NCBI GenBank assembly: GCA_016218375.1
Contig: JACREG010000040.1
Location: 1-51,854 of the forward strand
Direction of reading: 5' to 3'
DNA length: 51,854 nt
DNA from: Gammaproteobacteria bacterium
GTDB taxonomy: Bacteria; Pseudomonadota; Gammaproteobacteria; Thiohalobacterales; Thiohalobacteraceae
The notes below the pieces were generated by a model that saw only the letters and a list, made by a program, of their open reading frames with translations, did no database searches and was not told where the DNA came from. Of this stretch, positions 25,554 to 35,218 are shown one piece after another. The first letter of the stretch is position 1; the number at the start of each line of letters is the position of its first letter. A program made the position numbers and the translations under genes.

Positions 25554-27494
25554 ATGGCTGGCAGCGGTCTCTTCGGTACGGCGACCTCGGGCCTGTTGGC
25601 GTTCCAGCGCTCCTTGAGCACCACGGGACACAACATCGCCAACGTTAACACCCCAGGCTTCAGTCGGCAGCGTGTCGAGATCGCCACCCAGTCGCCGCAA
25701 TCCAGCGGTGCCGGTTATATCGGCAGTGGCGTCAAGACCAGCACGGTGACGCGGCTGTACGACTCTTTCCTGGTGGATCGCGTGCGCAGCAGCACCTCGT
25801 CCACCAATAATCTGGATATCTATAGCCAGTACGCCGGGCGCATCGCGAATGTGCTCGGCGATGCCAGCGCCGGTCTCAACGGTTCCCTGGAGAACTTCTT
25901 CAATTCCGTGCAGACACTGGCGAACGATCCCACCTCGATCCCCGCGCGTCAGTTGGTGCTGTCCGAGTCGGACTCCCTGGTTGCGCGGTTTCAGTATTTG
26001 GACGACCAGCTCAGCAATACGCGTAAAGAGGTGAACGATCAGCTCGACTCGTTGGTCGGCGAGGTGAACACTCTCAGCCAGTCCATTGCCGATATCAACA
26101 AGGAAATCGCAGTCGCCATCGGCAAGGCCGGCGGTCAGCCGCCCAACGATCTGCTGGATTCGCGCGATCAACTGCTGGAACAGTTGTCCGAGCTGGTCTC
26201 CGTGACCCGGCTCGAACAAGACAACGGCGCGATGAACGTTTACATCGGCAACGGCCAGTCGCTGGTAACGGGCTTCAACGCGGCGACCTTGAGCGTGGAG
26301 GGCAGCCCTTACGACGCCACCGAAATGAATATCATGTATAGCGTGGGCGCGGTGTCGTCGGATATCACCAGCAACGTCAGCGGCGGGAAACTCGGCGGGT
26401 TGTTGAGTTTCCGCGATGACATGCTGGACCCGGCGCAGAACGCACTGGGTCGCATCGGTGTGGTGCTGGGCACGGAATTCAATCTGCAACACGCGCTCGG
26501 CGTGGATCTCGACGGTAATCTGGGCGGCGACTTCTTCGATCTGGGCACACCCCAGGTCAGCGCGCACAGTTCCAACGGCGGCGGCACCGTGACGGCGAGC
26601 TACGACAATACGACGATCGGCGCGTTGACCATCAAGGACTATATCATCAGCTACGATGGCGCGGCCTGGAGCCTGGAAGACGTGGATGGCAATGCCGTGA
26701 CCATGACCGGGCTGGGCACGCTGGCATCGCCCTTCAATGCCGATGGACTGAATATCGTCGTGGGCGGAGCGCCGGCGGCGGGCGACCGTTTCATGATCCG
26801 TCCGACGCGCAACGGTGGCGAGGACATCGGTCTGGCACTGACGAACGTCCGCGCGATTGCGGCGGCCGCGCCGGTGTCAATCAACGAAGCGACCAACGCC
26901 AATGGTTTGCCCACCAATGGCGGCGATGGCCGGTTGACGTTTACCAGCGCCGACAGCGGCTTCACGGCGCTGGCCGGCACTATCACGTTGACCTTCAACA
27001 CGGCGACCAACGAATTCAGTTATACGGATGGCGGTGCGGTGACCGGCACGTTGAGCTACGATCCGACGGCCGATAGCGGCACCAGTTTCACGGTCGCCGG
27101 GGTGAACTTCACGGTGACCGGCACACCCACGAACGGCGATAGCTTCACGATCGGCAACAACACCAGCGGTATCGGCGGCAATTCCAACGCGCTGGCGCTG
27201 GCGGAGTTGCAGACCGGTCTCACCGTCGAAAACGGCTCGACGAACTTTCAGGGCGCCTATGCGCAATTGATTTCGGATATGGGCACCAAGACGCGTCAGG
27301 CCGAGATCGGCGGGGCCGCGCAGCAGGCATTGTTGCGGCAGGCGCGCGCGGATCGGGATGCCTTGTCGGGTGTGAATCTGGACGAAGAGGCCGCCGATCT
27401 GCTGCGTTTCCAGCAGGCGTATCAGGCAATGACTCAAGTGATCACGGCGGCGGACGAACTGTTCCAGACCTTGTTGGCTGCGGTGCGGAGGTAA
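25554..27494 (+). CDS. flgK: Hook-associated protein 1 FlgK
   Basis: 646 aa. HNIANVNTPGFSRQRV at the N-terminus and GVNLDEEAADLLRFQQAYQA at the C-terminus. Confidence 0.9.
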   Translation: MAGSGLFGTATSGLLAFQRSLSTTGHNIANVNTPGFSRQRVEIATQSPQSSGAGYIGSGVKTSTVTRLYDSFLVDRVRSSTSSTNNLDIYSQYAGRIANVLGDASAGLNGSLENFFNSVQTLANDPTSIPARQLVLSESDSLVARFQYLDDQLSNTRKEVNDQLDSLVGEVNTLSQSIADINKEIAVAIGKAGGQPPNDLLDSRDQLLEQLSELVSVTRLEQDNGAMNVYIGNGQSLVTGFNAATLSVEGSPYDATEMNIMYSVGAVSSDITSNVSGGKLGGLLSFRDDMLDPAQNALGRIGVVLGTEFNLQHALGVDLDGNLGGDFFDLGTPQVSAHSSNGGGTVTASYDNTTIGALTIKDYIISYDGAAWSLEDVDGNAVTMTGLGTLASPFNADGLNIVVGGAPAAGDRFMIRPTRNGGEDIGLALTNVRAIAAAAPVSINEATNANGLPTNGGDGRLTFTSADSGFTALAGTITLTFNTATNEFSYTDGGAVTGTLSYDPTADSGTSFTVAGVNFTVTGTPTNGDSFTIGNNTSGIGGNSNALALAELQTGLTVENGSTNFQGAYAQLISDMGTKTRQAEIGGAAQQALLRQARADRDALSGVNLDEEAADLLRFQQAYQAMTQVITAADELFQTLLAAVRR

Positions 27495-27500
27495 ACGACC

Positions 27501-28406
27501 ATGCGTATAGCGACGATGCAGGTATTCCAGCGCGGGCTCGATTCGATGCTCGACCAGCAGTCGCGGGTGTTCAAGACGCAACTGCAATTGGCCACCGGGA
27601 ATAAGTTCACTAGTCCGGCCGACGATCCAACCGCCGCGGCGCAGATCATGGGGCTCAACGAGACCATCGCCATCACTGGCCAGCATCAGGAGAACATTAC
27701 CGCCGCGAAGGCGCGTCTGGAGTTGGAGGACACCTCGCTCGACAGCGCTGTGGAGGTTCTGCAACGGGCGCGCGAATTGGCGGTGCGCGGACTGAACGAC
27801 TCGCTGGGCGTGGATGGACGCAGGGCTGTCGCCCAGGAGATCCGGCAGTTGATGAGCGAGGCGATGGCCTTGGCCAATACGCAAGACGGCAACGGCGATT
27901 ATCTGTTCGCCGGCTCGCGCGTGCAAAGCGCACCCTTCAGTCACGACGGCAGCGGCACGTTCAGCTATGCCGGCGATCAGGATCAACGGCAACTCCAAAT
28001 CAGTCCCGGGCGGCAGATCGCGGACAGCGATACGGGTCTCGACGTCTTCATGAAGGTGGCGGACCCCGCCGGCGGCTACAAAGATATTTTCACCAGCCTC
28101 TACGATCTGGCGACCGATCTGGAAGCGAATGCGCCGCAGTTGAGCAGCCTTGGGGAAATCGACGCGGGCATGGATCACCTGCTTCAAGTGCGCGCCCGGG
28201 TGGGCGCGCGGCTCAATACCATCGACGATCAGGAAGGAATCAACAGTTTCCTGGAGATACAGCTTACGAGCGTGCGCTCCACGGTTCAGGATGTGGATAT
28301 CGCCGAGACGTATAGTCGCCTCAGTCAGCAGATGCTGGTTTTGCAGTCCGCGCAGCAGGCCTTCGCGCAGGTTCAGGGATTATCGCTGTTCAATTATTTG
28401 CGTTAG
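27501..28406 (+). CDS. flgL: Hook-associated protein 3 FlgL
   Basis: 301 aa with a flagellin-like N-terminus (QLATGNKFTSPADDP) and C-terminus. Confidence 0.85.
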   Translation: MRIATMQVFQRGLDSMLDQQSRVFKTQLQLATGNKFTSPADDPTAAAQIMGLNETIAITGQHQENITAAKARLELEDTSLDSAVEVLQRARELAVRGLNDSLGVDGRRAVAQEIRQLMSEAMALANTQDGNGDYLFAGSRVQSAPFSHDGSGTFSYAGDQDQRQLQISPGRQIADSDTGLDVFMKVADPAGGYKDIFTSLYDLATDLEANAPQLSSLGEIDAGMDHLLQVRARVGARLNTIDDQEGINSFLEIQLTSVRSTVQDVDIAETYSRLSQQMLVLQSAQQAFAQVQGLSLFNYLR

Positions 28407-28413
28407 CCGGCAT

Positions 28414-28603
28414 GCTCCGACGGTGGCGTTAATCGCGCCGCCTCCGAGCTGCGCTAGTCGCTTTGCGATTAACGCCACCGGCGGAGCGCGGAGCATCACG
28501 CAACACGCGGGTATTCAAGTGCATGCCCACTCTTCCCAGCTGTTGGCGGGTCGATCCCTGAAGCCGACTAGCGCAGCTCGGAGGCAGAAGGGATCGACCC
28601 GCC
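28414..28603. repeat. Nested inverted-repeat element: two long hairpins with mutually complementary loops
   Basis: H1 arms 28414-28436 / 28465-28487 (23 bp, 1 mismatch). H2 arms 28445-28459 / 28589-28603 (15 bp, perfect). The 20-nt segment 28441-28460 in the H1 loop is the perfect reverse complement of 28565-28584 in the H2 loop. Confidence 0.8.
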
Positions 28604-28681
28604 GGCAGCCCTGCGCACCACATAAAGATTAGTGGAAAGAATATCCGGTGCTAGCCGCCGGGCCACCCGCGCCGCAACTTA

Positions 28682-29728
28682 TCAGGCGAAGTATTGGGCG
28701 AAGTCGTTGCCGGCCTGTTCGAACTGTTCCATCTGACCGATGTCGATCCAATAATCGCGCAGCGGGAAACTGCCCACCGCTTGATCGTCGCGGATCAGCG
28801 ATTCGAACAGCGACGGCATATCGAAGAACTTGCCGCTTGGAATGCGTTCGAGCATGGCCGGATCGAGCACATAGATCCCGGCATTGACGTGATAGCGCTG
28901 GATGGGTTTTTCCACCATGTTGCAGACCCGGTGACCATCCAGTTGGATCACGCCGTAGGGAACTTGGTGATGATATTCGCGCACGCACAGCGTGGCCGAG
29001 AAACCCTGGCGTTGATGAAAATCCAGCAGCCGGACGAAATCCACTTTGGTGAGCACATCGCCGTTCATGACGAAGAACGGCTGCTGCGGACGCTCCGGTA
29101 ACAGGCTCAATGCACCGGCGGTGCCGAGCGGGCTGTTCTCCTCGATGTACTGAATGTCCACATCCCACTGGCGTCCGTCGCCGAAATGTTCGCGGATCAT
29201 TTCGCCCATATAGTTGATGCACAGATAGAAGCGGTGAAAGCCGTTGGCGGCGAAGTTTTCGATGATAGTTTCGAGGATCGGTTTGGAGCCGATCTTGAGC
29301 AGGGGCTTGGGCCGGTCGTTGGTCAACGGCCGCAGGCGCGTGCCGAGTCCGCCCGCCATCAGCACCACGATGTTGTCGCGCTGCGGTTCCGTCGGCGGTT
29401 CGTAGCGGGCCAGGCCGACCATGCAACCCTTGGCATCCAGCAGCGGTAGGTGGCGCAGGGTGTGGCGCTGCATGGACCGCTGCCAAAAGGATTCATCTTC
29501 GTCGACTAGGCCGGTGACCGGATTGGCGTTCATGATTTTGACGACCGGCGTGTCCAAACCCTCGCCACGCAACAGCGCGCGGCGGACATCGCCGTCGGTG
29601 ACCGTGCCGAGCAGGTGACAACCGTCGTCCACCACCAGTGCGATCTGCATGCCGCCGCGGTCGATCACGGCCAGCACCTCTTTCATCGGCGCGGCGGAGG
29701 GAACGGCGATTTTCTTCCAGTCATTCAT
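28682..29728 (-). CDS. CBS-domain sugar-phosphate nucleotidyltransferase (PtmE-like)
   Basis: N-terminal CBS pair, then LMAGGLGTRLRPLT nucleotidyltransferase motif. Same architecture as Campylobacter PtmE, the GlcN-1-P guanylyltransferase of the legionaminic acid route. Confidence 0.7.
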   Translation of the reverse strand: MNDWKKIAVPSAAPMKEVLAVIDRGGMQIALVVDDGCHLLGTVTDGDVRRALLRGEGLDTPVVKIMNANPVTGLVDEDESFWQRSMQRHTLRHLPLLDAKGCMVGLARYEPPTEPQRDNIVVLMAGGLGTRLRPLTNDRPKPLLKIGSKPILETIIENFAANGFHRFYLCINYMGEMIREHFGDGRQWDVDIQYIEENSPLGTAGALSLLPERPQQPFFVMNGDVLTKVDFVRLLDFHQRQGFSATLCVREYHHQVPYGVIQLDGHRVCNMVEKPIQRYHVNAGIYVLDPAMLERIPSGKFFDMPSLFESLIRDDQAVGSFPLRDYWIDIGQMEQFEQAGNDFAQYFA

Positions 29729-29817
29729 GCGTTATATCCGGGGCAAGCGATGCGTCGTCATGTCTGAATGAAAAGCAAGAAGCAAGCCATGCTGCCGCTG
29801 GGTCGATACAAACCTTA

Positions 29818-30540
29818 TTAACAGCCTCGCCACGTCAGGCCGGCCGCGACCAGCGCCTCGGCAATGGCCCAATCGGTGGGATCGTCGATGTCGTGACTGG
29901 CGATCTGGTCCATGACCAGGCCGTGACTGCGTGGCGGAAAGAAGCTGCGCTGCGCGCGCAAGACGGCGCTGCGGATCAGGTACAGCGCACCATTGGGTGT
30001 GACCAGAGGCCGCACTTCCTGGCGGCGGGTGATTTCCTCCGCTTGCCGCTGCACCGGCGCGAGTTGGCCGTCCGCGTCGGCACAAAACAGCGTGCCCAGG
30101 GTGCGATAGATCGACTTGACGCCGACGATCGCATCCAGCGCGGCGTCGTTGTGCAGATGTTGGACGGCCTGCGTCAGCAACGCCGGCGGACGGAACGGCG
30201 AGGTCGGTTGCAGCCACAGCAGATACTCGGCGCGAATGTCACGCGTGCTTTCCAGCCAGTCCAGGGCGTGCAAGGCAACGTCGACCGCGCCCGCTTGATC
30301 CGTCGCCAATTCCGCGGGGCGCAGGAACGGCGTTTCAAGTCCCACCGTGGCACCGATGGCCGCGATCTCGGCGTCGTCGGTGCTCAATACGCAATGCACA
30401 TTGTCGAGCCCCGCACGGCGCACCGCCTCGGCGGTCCAGCCCAGCAAGGGCAGATCGCCGAGGTTGCGTGCGTTCTTGCGCGGCAAGCCTTTCGAGCCGC
30501 CGCGCGCCGGGATCACGATGAGTAGCGTGCCGGCCGTCAT
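29818..30540 (-). CDS. CMP-nonulosonic acid synthetase (NeuA/LegF family cytidylyltransferase)
   Basis: IPARGGSKGLPRKN motif and LQPTSPFR. 240 aa. Confidence 0.8.
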   Translation of the reverse strand: MTAGTLLIVIPARGGSKGLPRKNARNLGDLPLLGWTAEAVRRAGLDNVHCVLSTDDAEIAAIGATVGLETPFLRPAELATDQAGAVDVALHALDWLESTRDIRAEYLLWLQPTSPFRPPALLTQAVQHLHNDAALDAIVGVKSIYRTLGTLFCADADGQLAPVQRQAEEITRRQEVRPLVTPNGALYLIRSAVLRAQRSFFPPRSHGLVMDQIASHDIDDPTDWAIAEALVAAGLTWRGC

Positions 30541-30542
30541 GC

Positions 30543-32138
30543 CTAGCCTGTGGCGACCTTCTGCTGCGTGATCTTGGTGACCGCGACTTCCTGGACCGGT
30601 TCGCGATACAGCGTGGACGGCGCGCCGTCTTTGATGCCGTGGTTGTTGCGCCAGTATTGCTCGTAGGCGCGGATACGTTTGTAGTCGAAGTTGAGCATCA
30701 GTTCGCGCAGGCCGAGCAGTTCGACGGCATTGAAGTTGTGCGAGATCACCGCGGTGATACGCGTGGCGTCGCCCAGATCCAGCAGATAGCTTTCCAAATC
30801 GCCGTCGTACTGTTCCAGAATCCGGTTACGATAGACGGTAAACCATTCCGATCCTGGATAGGGTGTGGCGAAGAACGGTTTGACGACGATGCCGAGTTTC
30901 TTCCACGCCTCCATGTTGTCGTAGATGGCGGCGAAATCCTCGTTCGGAAAACCGATGATCTGGTTGGGGATCGGCCGGATACCGGCCTCCAGCGTCCAGA
31001 AGAAGCTGCGCAGATTGGTCTGCGGCGTCGCGCCCTTGCCGATGGTCTTCATCACATGCCGCGCGAACGACTCGTAACCGTACACCAGATGCGAGCAGCC
31101 GGCATTGCGCATGGTCTTGAGAATTTCCGGGTTGCACAGCGTGGCATGACTGGTGCCGGACCAGTGTACGCCGGTGCACTGCTCGTCGTGCTCGATGCCG
31201 TCGCGGAGGCAGGTCGGTTGCAGTCCTGCTTCCACCCACAAACGACAGATCTCGCTCATCCAGGTGCGCTTGGAATACTGATCCATGGTCATGAGGTTTT
31301 CGTCGAGGAACACCACGAAGTCGATGTTGTATTTCTCGCGGGCATATTTAACCAGGCCGACGACGTATTCCGGACTGTGATAGCGGATGGAGCGGGTGTA
31401 GTTCTTGGGTTGGTCGAAGGCAACCTGGATGTCCTCGTTCGCGTCGGTCTCGTAGCGCATATCGCCGGCGATGCCCAAGTGATAGCAATACTTGCACACC
31501 AGGGAGCATCCATAGCTCATGTTGATGTCTAGGCGGCGCTTGGCCAGCATGCCTTCTTCCGAGAACAAGACCTGACTGTTGGGGAAGTACACCTCTTCCA
31601 ACGGGAACAGATCCCAGGCCGGATAGGGCAGTGTGTCCAGATCTTCCAGCAGGGCGCGTTGCCCCGAGATGAACAACCCGCCGTCGGCAGTGCGCGAAAT
31701 CGTGCCGTCGATGGAAGCCCAATCGCGGCCGCCGGCGTCGAGCATGGCGAGGATTTCCGGGAAGGTGATGAAGCCTTCGCCGACCACGCCGACATCGACC
31801 TCGGGCAGGAAGCCCATCATCTCGCGCGGCAATGACGTCAGCACGCCGCCGCCCAGCACGATGAGGGCCTGCGGACATTCCCGACGCGCCTGCCGCACGA
31901 TGTTTTTGATCGAACCGTAGGCGGTGGTGATACCGCCGATGGCGATGACGTCCCAACGGTCGGCGTTGAACACGGAATGCAGCACCTGCGGACCCTTGCG
32001 CCAGGCGTTCTCGTCGTAGACCTGCACCAGATGGCCCTCGCGCATGGCGATGGCGGCCAGCAGGGCGATGCCGTACGGGACATGGCGCGGATCGTCTTCT
32101 TCGCGCACCACCGGATTGATGAACAGTATCTTGGCCAT
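30543..32138 (-). CDS. B12-binding-domain radical SAM enzyme
   Basis: N-terminal cobalamin-binding-like Rossmann region (ILFINP...VIAIGGITT...IVLGGG). CxxxCxxC cluster CSLVCKYC. 531 aa. Confidence 0.7.
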   Translation of the reverse strand: MAKILFINPVVREEDDPRHVPYGIALLAAIAMREGHLVQVYDENAWRKGPQVLHSVFNADRWDVIAIGGITTAYGSIKNIVRQARRECPQALIVLGGGVLTSLPREMMGFLPEVDVGVVGEGFITFPEILAMLDAGGRDWASIDGTISRTADGGLFISGQRALLEDLDTLPYPAWDLFPLEEVYFPNSQVLFSEEGMLAKRRLDINMSYGCSLVCKYCYHLGIAGDMRYETDANEDIQVAFDQPKNYTRSIRYHSPEYVVGLVKYAREKYNIDFVVFLDENLMTMDQYSKRTWMSEICRLWVEAGLQPTCLRDGIEHDEQCTGVHWSGTSHATLCNPEILKTMRNAGCSHLVYGYESFARHVMKTIGKGATPQTNLRSFFWTLEAGIRPIPNQIIGFPNEDFAAIYDNMEAWKKLGIVVKPFFATPYPGSEWFTVYRNRILEQYDGDLESYLLDLGDATRITAVISHNFNAVELLGLRELMLNFDYKRIRAYEQYWRNNHGIKDGAPSTLYREPVQEVAVTKITQQKVATG

Positions 32139-32145
32139 TCCGTGG

Positions 32146-33228
32146 TTACTCCCTATCGAGGAATTTTTGCAGGGGCGCGAACTCGATGTGTTCGCCGAAC
32201 AGGATGCCGCCCTCGGTGCAGTTGTAGGTCGTGCACTGCGCGTCGGCGACGAGCTGCAGAAAACATTCCCGATACCAGAGATACGCGGGATCGGTGTAGA
32301 ACCATTGCTGCATGTGCGGGTTGAAGATGTGGGTGAAGATCTCGTCCAGCCGCTCTTCGCCCACCAGCGCGACAGCCTCGTAATAGTATTGCGTGTTCAG
32401 GTAAGGCGTTTCGGCGTAATAGCCGAAGTCCATGCCGGTGACCGCGACCTGCTGTTTGCCCAGCACGGCGTGCGCCATCATCCACGCCGCGGTGCCGACA
32501 TTGCCACCGGCATTCACGCAGGGCAGGCGGTTGGTCTCGAACAATTGGCGGGTGATGCTGTCGTCGCAATCCGGGTCGTCGTACATGGGGTTCCACCAAT
32601 AGACGTCCATGCCGGTTTCGGTGGCGCGTTGCACAACTTCGGGTGCGGCGGACGAGGACACCGCGATGCGCATGCGTTTCCCATAGCGGTCGAGCAGGGC
32701 GATGATCTCTTCATTGGCGCGCAGCTCGTCGGCGAAACTGCGGTCCATGTCCTGGCGGGTGAAGTAATCGTCTGCGTCCAGATCGGCCTGGGTGAGCGCG
32801 GTGTCGCCGAACCAACGCACAATGCGTTTGGCATGCGGATCGACGGTGATGACCAAGTCGGGAACGATGTCGTGGCGCAGGCAATAGAGCATGGAACTTT
32901 CGGTGGCGATGATCGCGCCGCGGTAGGCGGCCGCTTTCAGTTGCTTCGCGACCTGCTGGCGTTTCAGGCTGGGCCCAGCGGCCAGGACGATGGCCTTGTC
33001 GCCGTGACCGAGCGTTTGCTTCCTGAGTTCGCGCAGGCTGTTGCCGTTACGGATCGCGGCCAGATTGCGCGCGGCGTTTTCCAGTGCAACGGCCTGGATG
33101 CGCTCGCGGGTGATCGCACCCATGTGGTCGACCAGTTGCCGGGCCAAGGGCCCGCCCGGCTGTTTATCCGCTTGTTTATCCGGGTGTCCGCCGGTCTGTT
33201 GCGCAGCGCGCTGTGAGTGTGCGGTCAT
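32146..33228 (-). CDS. Short DUF115 / MptE-like (Maf-family) protein
   Basis: AIVLAAGPSL...LVITVDPH...NAGGNVGTAAWMMA parallels AILLGGGPSL...VCTIDPT of the 840-aa Maf at 38590-41112. Confidence 0.6.
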   Translation of the reverse strand: MTAHSQRAAQQTGGHPDKQADKQPGGPLARQLVDHMGAITRERIQAVALENAARNLAAIRNGNSLRELRKQTLGHGDKAIVLAAGPSLKRQQVAKQLKAAAYRGAIIATESSMLYCLRHDIVPDLVITVDPHAKRIVRWFGDTALTQADLDADDYFTRQDMDRSFADELRANEEIIALLDRYGKRMRIAVSSSAAPEVVQRATETGMDVYWWNPMYDDPDCDDSITRQLFETNRLPCVNAGGNVGTAAWMMAHAVLGKQQVAVTGMDFGYYAETPYLNTQYYYEAVALVGEERLDEIFTHIFNPHMQQWFYTDPAYLWYRECFLQLVADAQCTTYNCTEGGILFGEHIEFAPLQKFLDRE

Positions 33229-33247
33229 CGGTGTCGCGCCCGGTGGG

Positions 33248-33436
33248 TTATTCGGTTGCGTCTTGGTTGTCGACCTCGTCGCCCCACAATACTTTTTTCT
33301 TGGCGACGAAGGCGATGCTGCCGCCGAGTTTCTTCAAGGCTTCCTTTTCGAAGCGCTGCTCCAGGCTGTCGGCCTGTTGCGGGGCGCTCTCGACGGCCTG
33401 CGCGGGGGTGAAATTGCCTTTCATCAATGTGCTCAT
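33248..33436 (-). CDS. Small hypothetical protein (62 aa)
   Basis: GGGAG SD before the ATG at 33436. Tightly packed between the acetyltransferase stop (33456) and the DUF115 start (33228). No family recognised. Confidence 0.45.
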   Translation of the reverse strand: MSTLMKGNFTPAQAVESAPQQADSLEQRFEKEALKKLGGSIAFVAKKKVLWGDEVDNQDATE

Positions 33437-33455
33437 GGTATGGATCTCCCGTCCG

Positions 33456-34136
33456 TTATTCGGCCAGTGTGCGTTTGTGTCGTGCCGGTACGCCGGCGAC
33501 CAGGGTATGCGGCGGCACGTCTTCGATGACGGCAGAACCCGAAGCAATTACTGCGCCAGCGCCAATGTGGATGCCTTGATTGATGGTTGCACCGGCACCG
33601 ATATGGACGCTGGCGCCGATGTGACAACCGCCGCACACCACGGCGCCGGTGGCGATATGGCAATGGTTGTCCACCCGACACTCGTGTTCGATCACGGCGC
33701 GGGTGTTGACCAGCACGTTGTCGCCCAGGTGCGCCCCGGCGGCGACCACGGCGGTGGCCAGAATCTGGTGTCCCGCGCCGAGCTGTGCCGAGGGGCTGAC
33801 GACGGCGCTGGGGTGACAGACCGAGGCGAAGCGGTAACCGACCGCGGTAAAGCGCAGGAACAAGGCCTGACGTGCCGTGATCGGTCCGACCGAGCCCACG
33901 CCGTTGACGAGGAGCAGACTGTCGGGGGTGTGCTCGAACACGGCGTGGTCGTCGCCCAGGAACGGCAAGGTGGACCACGGGCCGTTGCTGCGGTCGGGCG
34001 TCGGCTTGTGGATGTCGGTGATGCCAAGGAGGGTGTTGCCCTGGCCGAGCAGAATTTCCGCCAGCACCCGCGCATGTCCGCCGGCGCCGAGGAGAATGAG
34101 GGGCAGCCTGAGAGGAAGACTCAGCGGTTGGTCCAC
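33456..34136 (-). CDS. NeuD/PglD-family hexapeptide N-acetyltransferase (LegH-like)
   Basis: LLGAGGHARV N-terminal Rossmann motif plus left-handed beta-helix hexapeptide repeats (IGAGATINQGIHIGAGAVIASGS). Start assigned to GTG 34136, overlapping the neuB end; the start is uncertain. Confidence 0.7.
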   Translation of the reverse strand: MDQPLSLPLRLPLILLGAGGHARVLAEILLGQGNTLLGITDIHKPTPDRSNGPWSTLPFLGDDHAVFEHTPDSLLLVNGVGSVGPITARQALFLRFTAVGYRFASVCHPSAVVSPSAQLGAGHQILATAVVAAGAHLGDNVLVNTRAVIEHECRVDNHCHIATGAVVCGGCHIGASVHIGAGATINQGIHIGAGAVIASGSAVIEDVPPHTLVAGVPARHKRTLAE

Positions 34137-35218
34137 GGTGCGATGGCCTCGTCGGTGAGGTAATCCCGCTCGGCGGGTCGATCCAGCACATCCCAATAGC
34201 GCATCGGCGACAGGCCTTCGGCGGGACGCTTGGCGGTCAGGTTGTCCACGGTGAATATCTCGCCGGCACGAATCGGACGCGCCGCCACCAACGCCTTGCG
34301 CGCAATCGGACGGTTCTTCAGCTCCGACGGCGCCGGTTCCTTGCGGCCATGGCCCAGCGCGTGTTCGATCTGGCGAATACCGTCCAGCATCGCGCGCAAT
34401 TCGTCCGCTTGCAGCGAGGCCTGGTGATCGGGGCCGGGCAGGCTGCGATCCAAGGTAAAGTGTTTTTCGATAATGCGCGCGCCGCGTGCCACCGCCGCGA
34501 TGGGAACGTTGATGCCGGGGGTGTGATCGGAATAACCCACCACTAATCCGAACGCCTCGCGCAAGGTATCCATGGCGCGCAGATTGACGTCTTCGAAGGG
34601 ACACGGATATTCGGTTGTGCAGTGCAACAGACTCACCTTGTCGCGTAAGGCCTGGCGTCCGGCCGCGGCGGCGTAGGCGGCCGCGATGGTGGCGGCGGTG
34701 GGCCGCGCGGTAGCCTCGACAAAACCGAAGGCCAGCAGCGCCAGCGCCTGTTCGATGTCCTCAAGTGTAGACATCCCGGTGGACAGGATCAGCGGTTTGC
34801 CGCTGCGGGCCAGGGCCAGCAGCAACGGGCCGTTGGTGATTTCGCCCGAGCCGAGTTTCAGGCAGGAAACGCCCAGCGTGTCGACCAGGAAGTGCGCGCT
34901 GTCGATATCGAAGGGCGAGGACAAGAATTCGATCCCGCGTTGTCGGCAATGCGCGCGCAGGTGCAGGTGATCGGCATGACTCAGCGCCAGTTTGCGCAGC
35001 ATGTCCAATTGCGATTCGTCCGCCGCCGTGTGCTGTTGCTGATAGACGGCCTTGGCGGCGCGCCGACTGACCAGGGCCTCCGGCACGAAGGTCTGGAACT
35101 TCACCGCATCGGCGCCGGCCGTGGCTGCGGCATCGACGAGTTGCAGGGCCAGCTCCAGCGAACCGTTATGATTGACGCCGGCCTCGGCGATAACGAATGT
35201 GTGCTCAGTCGATACCAT
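34121..35218 (-). CDS. Nonulosonic acid synthase (NeuB/LegI family)
   Basis: FVIAEAGVNHNGSLELALQLVDAAATAGADAVKFQTF and a C-terminal SAF domain. 365 aa from the ATG at 35218. Confidence 0.85.
   Translation of the reverse strand: MVSTEHTFVIAEAGVNHNGSLELALQLVDAAATAGADAVKFQTFVPEALVSRRAAKAVYQQQHTAADESQLDMLRKLALSHADHLHLRAHCRQRGIEFLSSPFDIDSAHFLVDTLGVSCLKLGSGEITNGPLLLALARSGKPLILSTGMSTLEDIEQALALLAFGFVEATARPTAATIAAAYAAAAGRQALRDKVSLLHCTTEYPCPFEDVNLRAMDTLREAFGLVVGYSDHTPGINVPIAAVARGARIIEKHFTLDRSLPGPDHQASLQADELRAMLDGIRQIEHALGHGRKEPAPSELKNRPIARKALVAARPIRAGEIFTVDNLTAKRPAEGLSPMRYWDVLDRPAERDYLTDEAIAPWTNR

Noticed and set aside
28629-29486. 285-aa minus-strand ORF overlapping the PtmE-like gene in another frame.
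   Set aside because: It is an Arg/Pro/Ala-rich shadow frame. The overlapping 348-aa frame has clear CBS and nucleotidyltransferase motifs.
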